Shown: one piece after another, positions 1-12,100 of the stretch
How the letters are laid out: each line of letters starts with the position of its first letter
How positions within the stretch are numbered: position 1 is the stretch's first letter
NCBI GenBank assembly: GCA_051294905.1
Contig: CM119372.1
Coordinates: 18,168,001 to 18,232,000 of the forward strand
Direction of reading: 5' to 3'
Source of the DNA: Botryllus schlosseri
Lineage: Eukaryota
Length of the DNA stretch: 64,000 bases
Made by a program: the position numbers and the translations under genes
The notes under the pieces: generated by a model
The model's input: only the letters and a program-made list of their open reading frames with translations
Databases searched by the model: none
Told to the model about the DNA's origin: nothing

Positions 1-161
1 CAAAACTTTATCTGCTGTTGCTAGTGAATCTTTCAGTTGACGCATGGCTTGCTATTTTAGCCAGCTTGTTTTCCCTTATTAACTGCACTAATACAATGCT
101 TACTTTTACATGGATTGGATAACTTGATGTTGGACTCGCATTATATCTTGTGTCATTGCAG

Positions 162-3100
162 GCGCCCCATATCCGCAAGCCACTGGCTATCCCCCTGTTG
201 GAGGGTATCCCCAGACTGGATATGGGGGGTATCCACAAAGTGGCACGCCACAGCCTCAACCGCAACCTTATGGAAATCAGCCACAACCTGCTCCCAGTAA
301 GTTATTATGACTTACTAATCAGATAACCTTTGGAAATTGATTAATGTGTGGTTGACACGCTGACTTATTGCGCATATCGTAGTAATACTTGATTTGACAC
401 AGTCCGATTCGCTTAATATCTCTTTTCACACTTTGTATTATCTGATTTTTTCAACTGGGCATACGAATACCATCCTGATTTCACAATGCATATATATGGA
501 TTCGAACCGCTGTAATTTGATCAGTAAAAACAATTCTTAGACTTTTACGACCTTCAATCTGTGCACAGGCAAAATCATGATCTTTGCATCAATTGCTCCA
601 CCTTACCTATTTTAGTTTTCTTTTATGCTATGCTCTCATCATTAGTAATTCTTCTGTAAGTATTCCGTGACGCTCTCTGTGTCTCCAGGTTCTGCTGTAC
701 GATACAATGGTAACCAAGGTATGGTAAAATGTGAAATCTAGAATTGACAACGATAATTTGCACTCAAATCAGACTAAGCTCTCAGACTATGATATGCTAA
801 GTTGTTGGATTAGCAATGCCAGTTGAATTCCCCATTTCTATGCATGTTATGTTGCAATAAATGATTTTGAATGAGTGGATCCCTTTTGATTCCGATTGTT
901 TCATTTTTTATTTGATGTTACGGTACTCCTGTAATGGTAACTCTTCCTGGTTATCCCTCCATTACATGCTCAATGCTTGGTAATTTTTTTCACTGTAAAA
1001 ATTGATTTGTTATGAATTTGTCTGATTTATATACATCATTAAATTTTCGGCAATTCGTATAGTCTTGTTTTTGAAGACTTCCTTTACTCACTCCAAAACA
1101 GTCCAAAAAGTTTCTTCATTTTCAAACATTTCCAACTAAATGTGTGTAAATTCTATGAGCCAAACCAATAGCGCTGCTAGTCATATTAGGCCTATCCGCC
1201 TATAACCCATGTACCATGATTGGCGATCATGGAATATAGCCCCAAACTTCCACATATATAGGCTAAAGTGCAATTAGCCGCTATTGACAGTTTCTAAACT
1301 AGTTTAAGTGATAGTTTCTTAGTCCAATAACTATTCACAGCTAAAATGCAGTATTGTAATTTCTCTTGCCAAACAAAGAAATATGATTGTTATTCCTAAT
1401 TTGATGCAGTGAATCCTCTGGAAGTGCCGGGTATGTAAACGTGATTCAACTATCGAATGTCACTATGGAACGGCAACTCCCGTTTTTCATTGTTATGTTC
1501 CGCTAGACTAGTGACTACATCTACCACCTTTGGTCAAGCATAATAATCTGTCGTGGGTTAGATGCCATATCACAATTATAGATACTCAACTCGAGTATGT
1601 ATAAGTGTGCGTATATCTCAAGGTTGTAGTGACTCGAGTCGCATTTTTTGTGACTCGACGTGACTCGAGTCATTTTTTCAAATGCGAAAAAGGACTCTAC
1701 TCTGTCAATTTTTGTATTGACTCGACTTGTTCTCTAGTCATTGTGCATGGCTCGAAACTGGTCATATGACTCGAGACTAGGACGGCCAAGACAGACATTT
1801 CACAGTAACTTCGAGAATAGTAAAGTCACCACATTTTTGATATTTCGTCTATCAGTACCTATTATTGAGAAATAGGGTCAGGAAATGTTGAGACTGAGGA
1901 AAATTACAATATTATGAGTACGACCCGTTCTATATCACTCGCGCAGAGTTAAAAAAAGTGGATAGAACCTGATTGAACTTAAAACGGAACAGTGAACACA
2001 ATGACTTGGACTTGGACTCGAGTCACAATACTATGACTCAGACTCGGCCCTCTCTGCTCACTGACTTGGACTTGACTCGGTGATGAATTGAAAATGACTC
2101 TACTCGACTCGAGTCAAAACTGTAAAAGTGATATTGACTTGTTACTCGGAACCTTGTGACTTGGCTACAACCCTGGTATATCTGGCATCCAACCTGACAT
2201 ATAATAGATTTTTCGCAATAGTCGGTATCGCCCTGTGTAGATTTTGATGGTGCTCCATACCTTTATGGGCAACTGGATTTCTAATTGCACATCTTCATGG
2301 TGCCATGGAACGTTGTAGCAAGTTTCAAGATTACCACCAACTGATTAGGGTAGTAATTTCATAATCAACGTCGAGTATCTAAAAGTTTGATATATATATA
2401 TTTAACCAACGACAGTTTGTTGCGATTGTTGCGTTGTGATTGACCAAAACTGCTAGAAGCAGTCAAGCGCGATATAACAATGGAAAACGGTACTTGCCGT
2501 TCCATAGTTACATTCGATAATTTAACAAATTGTTTTGTGGATCCGTGCTACTTCATAATTGTAGTGTAGAACTTTATTCTTTTTGAACAATTCTAAATTG
2601 ATATCCAATTTCTTCATAGATCATATTATGAAAGTGATGTTCAATCATATGACTTCCGATCATTCTAATCTGCCAGGTGGTGCTGGGATCATGATACTAC
2701 CGTCGAGTCGCAACTCACTTCGAGGGTCTGCGAATATTGGCTCGAGTCAAGTCATTCCAAAATTTTTCAAGTCTGAACACATTCAGGTCTTCAAAGTAAC
2801 TTGAGTCAATTCCAAGTCACAGATAATTTTCAGTTCATGAGCAGATGTGCATATGCATATTGAAGTTATCAAACACGGCAAACTTGGTTCCATGCCATTT
2901 CTGAACTACTAAGACGGTATTTGTCGTTGCTGAGAATGGTCGTGCTCACAGGGTCTACTCCATGCTCAATACTACGCGTGGATAATTCAGTGTAAACAGG
3001 ATCGTTGACTGAAATTCTGCATGAAGGCTTTAGCATTGTGAGACTCGCACTCAAACTCAACGACCGAACGCAAAGTAGGCCAAGCTGCAAAACTACCTTC

Positions 3101-6100
3101 CATTCTTAGTGTTCACTCAGCCAGTGTGTGCAATTGACCGCTGGTGGTTTACTACTCAGAATGCCTTGCGAAGTCAAATATTTGATGACTTGAAAATTAA
3201 CTTCAAAATCTAAATCTGAGTTACGAGTCATTCCACATTTCTCATGATTCGAGTCTGAGTCGAGTCAAGGCGGTTAAAGACAGTGACTCAAGTCATTTGA
3301 AAACGGTGACTCGAGTCCAGGACCGTAACTGTCGCACCCCAGACCCCCGCGATTGGGGGGAAGGGGGGGGAGGGGCGAGCTCGAAGTTAGCCCAAAATTA
3401 TTCCGTGAATTAATATAAATTATAGGGGTATTTTTTGAAAATTTATGCAAGTTTTTCAAAAATTTTTCTTTCTGGGCGCGATTTAATGCTATTCCATATC
3501 TTGATTATTGGGTTATACCCCTCCCCCAAGAAAAAGTATGCATGATATATAGAAATAGGCATTTCGGCGTTGGCCATCACTGCACCACGAATCACCAAGA
3601 TATATAAAGTTTTAGGCCATGTAACTTCGCGACTGCCGGAACAATCGGCAATGAGAACACCTTGGCCGCAAAGGACTGCTCTTAAGCTGACCGAAAACTT
3701 CGATATATACGTATGGACAAAGTGTTGTTTCGGTCATGCTCGAGTCATCCAAACGCATAGGCTTACCATATTTTGGAAATGTAAAAAGAGGACACTTTTT
3801 CAGTAATTTCAGACATGCAAATCTGGAGAAGAATTGAATTCTCGAAAACCGGTAAATTTTTCCCACTTCGTGATCGGTTGACTAAAAAAAAAAAAAAAAA
3901 GGTCATCACTTCTGCTCAGATCTCAAAACAACGTTTTTCTCTCTACATTGCCGGGTGGATGACAAAAAAAAAAAAAAAAAAAAGGTTTTTTCGCTCAGTG
4001 CTTAAATCACCACTTTTCCCTCCGAAATACCCGCCGGAGCTTCACTTCTGCGCTAATTTACGGCATATCACTTGCGATTTCCTCTAAATCTGACCTAAAT
4101 TTTCAAAAAAGAGGACAAATCCTCTTAAAAGAGGACGTATGGTAAGCCTACCAACGCTACATATCCCATTGATTGAAATTGCTTTTTCTTATAGAGCGTA
4201 GCTAGTATGAAACCGATTTCCGACCCTTTCTCGATTCGGAGCTTGGACTTTTCCTTGAACTGCGCCTCGATGCATATCTTGGTCAACTTATGTGATATCC
4301 AGCCCACGTCAAGTTAGTTATCGTGAGTTCTGTGAAAAAATTAAGTAACGATTTGTTCCAGATTGAACATCAGGCAAGAGTTTATCATATCCCTTGCAAC
4401 TTGAGTGTGTTACACTGTTAGTAATCAACCTCTGTATGATTTAATTCCAATTATGATTCCGCTATTTGCAGAACTTGGCGTCATCGGCATGGGTAATGGA
4501 AGACTTGCCACTGTAGCTTTGCTCGCTTCGTAATGTCAGTTTGCTCTACGTTCTATCGATTGAGACCTGGGTGTGATTCCACTCGAAGCATAACTCATGA
4601 CCATGTCAACCTTGTTTCAAAAATTTCAGCAAGGGTCTTCCTGGGACAATCACAGCTGTTCTAATACATCGAATACAAAATTCACCCATTATATATATAT
4701 GAGAAATGAGTGCAGTAAGGCAAAAACCTCTAATTACAGATGATCTCGCAGAAATTTGTAAGAACAGGGAATGAGTGAACGAAAACTGTACCATACATCT
4801 CGAGATATTTAGCCGTGATAGCATCGAATATATGTAAAATAATCTGTGGTATTTACTTATTCTGATACGCAGTCTAAAGTAATGCGTTGTAAATTCAAAT
4901 AGAATGGACTAGGCCAGTGGTTCTCTAAATTTCGTAGATGTAAGATGTTTGCAATTCCAACTCATAGTTTGATGGCATGGAAGGTTGTGATTGATGCGAG
5001 GATTATCACATATGAAATTCAGATTATACACAGATCAACATCTACGAGCTGGAGGTAAATTGCGCGCAGAGTGAAAAATATATCACTTCAATATTTTGTC
5101 AAAACTAATTATTCGTAATGGTAGCACGTAGTGTCTAATCTCTTCTATTACCCTAGCTGAACTTTACTCAAACGTATCTCTGACCATAAACTAAATAAAA
5201 AACGCTGCACGCATTTGCTAGTTACTCTTAATTCATAGACATATTCTGGTCGGTGCAAGGTGCGGTATCAGATAAAATCTAGCATCGGTGTACGGATGGT
5301 ACGACGCCATTATGACATTTAAATCGTAAAACTATTAGGGATATTGCCATTACTAAAAGTTGGGGGATCTACAGTTATTTTCATCTTACAGCCGTAGTAT
5401 ACAGCGCTCCTGTTGCCGCTGATTCAAGTGAAAGTGAGAATGGCGGTTTTTCCACTGGGTAAATCCCTTATTTTAATAGTATGTTGCTCGCAATCGCTGA
5501 TGTGTTATTTTTTGTTCCAGAGATACATTCAGTAACAAGAGTGTAAGGAGAATGTTCATCAGGAAAGTATTCATCATACTCGGGATACAACTACTTGTTA
5601 CGTTCGGGATCGTGGCCATTTTCACGCTGGTGTGAGTAGGGCTGTGAAATTCTATCTCCTGTCGATACTGAAGTATCTCATTGGTCTTCTTCGATAGCTA
5701 TTGAAAATAAATCAATAACAGAAATGACACTGACCACTAATAGCCTTCGTTGTTCTCCGGCAACATTTGAGAAGATGATATTCAGAAAAACTATGTATTA
5801 ATTGAAAATATTAATTGAAAATTAAAAGCTACATGGTTATAAAGTAGATGATTTTGTTGTGACTCTAGTGGTTCACTGTTCTCCCTGTTTTGATTTATTT
5901 GTTGTGGTTTTCTGGATATTGATGTCCTGTTCACTGTGCAACAGTGGGTCCAAAGGGCCACATGCAATTCACGACTACGCATCAAATTCTATATCATTTA
6001 TGTCATGAAATCTCAGGATTCATTTACCTACAATCCGCGCCAGGCACGGAAATTTTCGAAGTTGAATAGTGAACTAGGTCAATCATATTGTTACTTGCAT

Positions 6101-9100
6101 ATACTGCGGGTCGCCTCTGTATACCGCAGTGCATGGAGATATCAATATTGACGGTTTCGGCCAGCAAGCGTCAATCATTTTGTGCAAAGTTTTCATCACG
6201 GACGCTCTTCCTGCGAATGCACATGCGAGGTCACATTATGGACGACACGGACTCTCATAATTGCGAATATGCAATCAAAAACTAATCTTATCCATTAATC
6301 AAGGTGCGATGCGCCTTGCGAATATGCAATTAAAAACTAATCTTGTGCGTTAATCAAGGTTTCAATACAACATCCATTGTAACAGAATATTTATTAAGCT
6401 CGAAGACTTTTCGGGTGCCTCTTTTCAAGAGTTAACGCCACACTAAAGGGATTTATACAGATTTAAAAGCAAAACCAAAAAGGCAAAGTATGATGCAACA
6501 ATCAAAATCACAGACCATGAAATTCTGTTACAATGGATGTTGCATTGAAAGCTATATTCAAGTTCTGTACCACGAACCAGTTAATCAAGGTGCGGTTAAA
6601 CAGTGCGCCTGCAGTAGGGTTACCATATTTTGAGATCCGGAGAAGAAGGCACTTTTTACAAATAACAACACTAATTATATCGGACTAGAAAACAGGTAAT
6701 TTGAAAATCTTTATAGGGGCTGACTAAAAAAGGTCATTTTCCAACTCGACTCCCAAAAGACCCGCTTGTTACTGTTGTGTTGGCTGAGAGTCAAAAAAAG
6801 GTCATTTTTAGAGCTTGACTCCATAAAGACACACTCGAACGTCCAGATTGACGTTTTTAGTTGTGCTTGTTCAATCGCCTGGCTGTCCAAGCTATAAAGG
6901 AGGACGAATTGCCAAATATGAGGACATTCTCGATTTCCTGAAAAAAGAGGACAAATCCTCCTAAGTGAGGACGTATGGTAACCCTAACCTACAGTTACTT
7001 GCATTGTAGCCAATTCTTTGAGCACTGTAAATTGCATGTAATGGTTTAACCTAGCCGTGTTCGCCTCTGTGTATAACTACTTTCTGTCTATCTTCCTTGA
7101 AAGATCGGCGCTCATTGTGTACTTTTTGCCCTTTCTGGAATTTGGTGTCGGTGTCACAGACTTTTCACTTATGGTAACATAAGTGAAATCTCAAAATTTT
7201 TGCCATTGTAGTTGTCGATTGTGTCGATTGTGCTTGAACCTACGACCAAATACGAAGTAGAAGTAGCCATCCACAAACTGAAATCGCACAAGGCCGTCGG
7301 CTATGACCAAATCCCATCATGGTTTTTAAAAATGATAAGCCTGCATATCGGTCAATATATGGCCCATTTTTTCAACTTCATGATAGAAAATGGAGTCTAC
7401 CCAAGCTACCTAAAAAAAGCCAGAGTAGTCCCTGTGCACAAAGCTGGGGATAGAACTAATGTCACCAACTACCGTCCGATATCCGTTCTCTCATGAATCG
7501 GGGTTGTATTCGAAAAGTTGCTCCTCTCCCGCCTGTCCTTATTCCTCGCCAAAATGTCTATCATTTCCCCTCAACAATTTGGCTTCCGAAACAAACACCA
7601 AACCGCACGTGCCCTCCTAACAGTGGCCGAGCAGTATTATGATATCTCAGAGAAGCGAAATGTGGGATGTAGCATTTTTCTCGAAGTAAAAATAGCGTTT
7701 GACTGCGTAGATCATAAAATTCTCATCTCGAAATTGGCGCGTTACGGACTTCGGGGCCAACAACTTGAGCTCATGAAAAGTTACCTCACTGGACGCCAAC
7801 AAAGGGTTGCGATCTCAAACACCTTGTCCTCTCCTCACCTGGTGACCTGTGGTGTGCCCCAAGGCTCAGTACTATGACCGTTCCTCTTCACCTTATATAT
7901 TAACGACATTTTTGAAACCTCCTCATTGAACACCACACTGTTCGCTGATGATACTCACCTCCTCTCTTTCGCGTCTTCGACGGCAGAGCTCGATGCCCTG
8001 ACTGGTGACCAAATGCCTAAAGTCCATGAGTGGACGGCCCAGAACAACCTTTGCATAAACGCCTCGAAATCCCAATTGCTGACAGTAAATTCAAAAAATA
8101 ACCTAACCGTTAATATCGCTGGTCAGTCCGTTTCCAACACAGATAATGCCAAATATCTCGGGGTTTCACTGGACTCGAACATGTCCTGGAAGAGTCATAT
8201 TCAGTCCCTAGAAACTAAATTATCTCCGAAGTGCGGCCTGTTCTACAGCCTTGGGCGCTTCATGCCAGCATGGGTTCTTCTGATACTCTTTAAATCCTTA
8301 ATCCAATCGAAGTTACATTATGGCATCCTCTGTTGGGGGGCTGCCAGTAAAACTGCACTCAAGCCACTGCAGAAACTACAGCATAAAGTACTCCGAATCA
8401 TAGCTAGGGCCCCAAAGGGGCCTGGCTGCCCATCCAATAAGTCGCTGCTGAAGAGATTCGGTGTCCTAAACATAGAAGATATGCGGAAACTAGAAATCGC
8501 CAAGTTTATGTATCAGTTTCAATGCGGTCGTTGCCCCGAATATTTCAATGACTTCTTTACCTCTGAATCAAAAGCGCACAAGTACAACACACGCGCGTCC
8601 ACATCGTCCAAATATCATATGATCGACCGAAAAGATCATCGCTCTATCAAATATGCCGGACCTAATGTGTGGAACAGTATCCAGCCGGCCATCCGGCAGT
8701 CGACGAGCATGTCCACATTCAAGTCGAAATACCAGCAATTACTACTAAATAAATACAGTCCATCCTCAAGATTACCGGACCACGACTGACCTATCGATCT
8801 CGCTTCCCATGACATGCCGCCCTATTTCTTGTCGCTTCCTTTTTCTATACTATCTTCTTTACTTTCATTCAGTGTGCATGCCTCCTCTTTACATTGCCTT
8901 GGCCAAGGTGGGTGTCCGATTCCATAGACAACTCCTAGTCGCTTCGACATCTTCCTTTCTTTTCATTGTATCACATTTTTAGTGGTGTATTGAACTGATA
9001 AAATTGCTAATAAACTAATGATGATGATGATGACTGTCACTGCATTGGGAATTTGTGTGTTCCCTTTCTCATCTCAACAATCACTTGCATTCGTGGACAA

Positions 9101-12100
9101 TCATTTCCGTCCACTCGTAACTTTACTGGCCTGCAAGAATGACATAATCAAAAAATCGATAGAAAGTTGACTACAGGAATACCGTGCTGTCTGGTTCAAA
9201 TCGTACTTCTGCATACTTGGACAAATACTTTCATGTCAAAGTGTCTACTGCAGTGGTCCTCAACCTTTTTGCCTTTGCGGACCCTCTTTGGACCGTCACG
9301 ACCCCCGAGGACACCCAAGTTTTAGTTCAAATTTAGCTCTATTACTGTGCAACCATCATCTGTCTCGTGAAAATAACAACTGTAGGATAGTGATAAACAG
9401 CAACAAAATAAGCTTTCATGAAATTAACATCATACTATTCGTCTAGAAATTGGGAAGACGTTTATTAGTTCAATTAATTCTGTGTCTGCATTTCTAGTAG
9501 TACACTGCCGTGTCTCAAAAATCATCGCAGGTGATGGGACATGAACGTTTGCCGAAATTCAATTAATTTCCAGACAGATAGGTGGTGCCTGATGTAATAA
9601 TAGCGCGTAACGCTTCCAACGACACCTTTGCGTCTGATCGCAAGATACCTCTCACCAATATCCCCATCATCATTTTATCATTATAACGTCCAACCTAGTC
9701 ACTTCTATGTAGCAGCTCATCTTGAAGTTACTCTGGAATAGTGGTTTTGTATATCACAGGAGAAATTGGATTTTTTTGGAAGCGAATTTATTCCGAAACC
9801 CCAACAAAACACCTCTAATAAACTAACAACTAAACGACATATGTTTGCATCAGTAGGCTAATCGCAATTTGGCGATTAAAATGAGTATGCGCAGTAGAAT
9901 ATTTCATCTCAACGCTATTCTGTTTACGTGAGTCCTTATGTTTAAGCAGTTATCAAGCAAAACTGCTTCGTGATTTCTCTACTTCGAAAAATTGATATTA
10001 TATTCTCACACATTTTTCAAATTTGGAGGTTTTACGGACCCCCTGAAATTGCTTCACAAACCCTCAGGGCTCCGCGGACCCCCGGTTGAGAACCACTGGT
10101 CTACTGCAATTACCACTTCATTCTACTGTTGAAATTTAAATGCAAGAGAATACTGGTGCTGATGAGTAAGCAATCTTACTTGGGTTTTATTTAAACCAAA
10201 ATGAGACAATTTCTGAAAGATGAAAATGTACTCGTGCACATGTCATGTAGGTTTATTCGAACGCCCCATTGTGTTTATCACATGCATATCACATGCACAG
10301 CATATACTTGTTCTGACTATGCCGTAAAAAAAGCGAAAATTAATAAAAAATCGTTTTGTGCAATTTTATGCAAAATTTCAATCAATAGTCAATGTATGTC
10401 ACACAATTTATTTCAGAGACGATGTCAGGGTGTGGGTCAAGGATAACCCTGGATTTTACTATGCTTCATAGTGAGTACACTATCCATAGCTTGATCGACT
10501 TCACATTAAAGTCCCACCTTTCCTGCAGCGGTGTTTTTCTTGTGCTGTACATTGTTCTCATCTGCGTGGAAAACGTCAGGAGAAAGGCTCCACTGAACTT
10601 GATCGTGCTTGGCATCTTTGTGAGTAGAAACTTCCTGGTGAAATGGCTGGTTACGGGTTGCTGGTTATTGTAAGGTTCTCGGTTTTCTTTGCAAAATGCA
10701 AATGGTCGCTGGTGTGGCCCTGGCACAGTTGCGACAGAACTTTTCGTCCCACATACTAAACTAGTTTGCAATTAGAAAATTGTTTGCATGTGATAGCAGT
10801 GAGGGGATCAAATAACTACCTTCGAGTCACAAGTCATCTTGAGTCATTGCACATTTTTGCTCGAGTCCAGTCAAGTCACTTGATTTTGAAAGGTGACTCG
10901 AGACAAGTCAGGGTTGTAATGACTCGAGTCATGATCCAGAGTTCGACTCGAGTCGCGATTTTCTGATGACTCCGAGTCATTTTCTCAAAATGCAGAAATG
11001 ACTCGACTCGAGTCAATCTGTGTATTGAATCGACTTGGAATCGAGTCATTGTGCATGACTCGGACCAAGTCGTATGACTTGAGACTCAGACGGCCGACAT
11101 TTCATTGTAATTTCGAATTATAGCAAAGTAACTTTTCCAAAGTGACTCGACACTCTAGAAATGTCAAGTCATACGAAAAAGGTGACTCGAGTCATCGCAA
11201 CAGTGGGTGATAGTAATATTACTAACAGACATGGGGTGATTACTTCATGAATGTAATCAATTGCGATTACGATTACTTCAGAATCACGCGATTACGATTA
11301 CGATTACAGCAAAATCAGGAAGTAGTCGATTACGATTACGATTACATTGGAAAAGTGGTCACGATTACTCACGATTACATTTGTTTTGCTTCTATAAGGA
11401 CTATAATATTAAAGGATATATTGGAACTATGGAAGAAAATACAAGGATTGCGATGAAAAGGCTTAATGAGATATCAACTCTCTTCATACATCATGCGTCA
11501 TTTGCTTATTACGTCATAATATACCAATTTCCCAACTTTATTGGGATGATTTATCGCACCCAACGATTTGCATTATTGCCAGGTCTTTACCTGCCGCACC
11601 CCAAATTCCTTAATAGGGTGGGGAGCGTGCTCGAAGGGGACTCAAAAGTGTTTCGTAAACCAACATAAATTATAGAGTATTTTCGAGAATTTAATTAATT
11701 CTTGAAAATGTTCTTCGAGCTTCGCGATTCAAATGTCTCTAGTACAGGGATCACCAACGCGGACCAAATGAGTCGCCCGCGGTCGCTGTAGCAAGTATTC
11801 AAATGAAAGATTTGAAAGTTGAAGCTGGTTTCATATGAGCATGAGCAGCAGTTGAGCATGGGTCGGCCGACCCCAAAGAACATATGAACGCAGTCGCTCG
11901 AGGCATTGCTCGTCTTCGCCCACGCGGCGGCTTAACGGGAATCTATAGTTAATATTCCCGAGTCTCGACGCGGAGATTAGCGCTTTGGCGCGCACTGCAG
12001 CAATTCAACTGAGCCCGGAGGAGCTGGTGTGACTCCCGGCGTGTGAGCGTTTTTTGTTCTTGGTAAGGGGCGGAAACCCGGCCCAGTGCTCTGATTGTCT

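Noticed and set aside
4362..4373. 12-nt GC-donor microexon in Lifeguard
   Set aside because: Introduces TGA in the required phase-1 frame and has a weak donor.
7494..7877. Programmed TGA readthrough or selenocysteine in the LINE ORF
   Set aside because: The second TGA replaces the conserved Gly of GSVLGP (GGA>TGA); simple nonsense mutation explains both stops.
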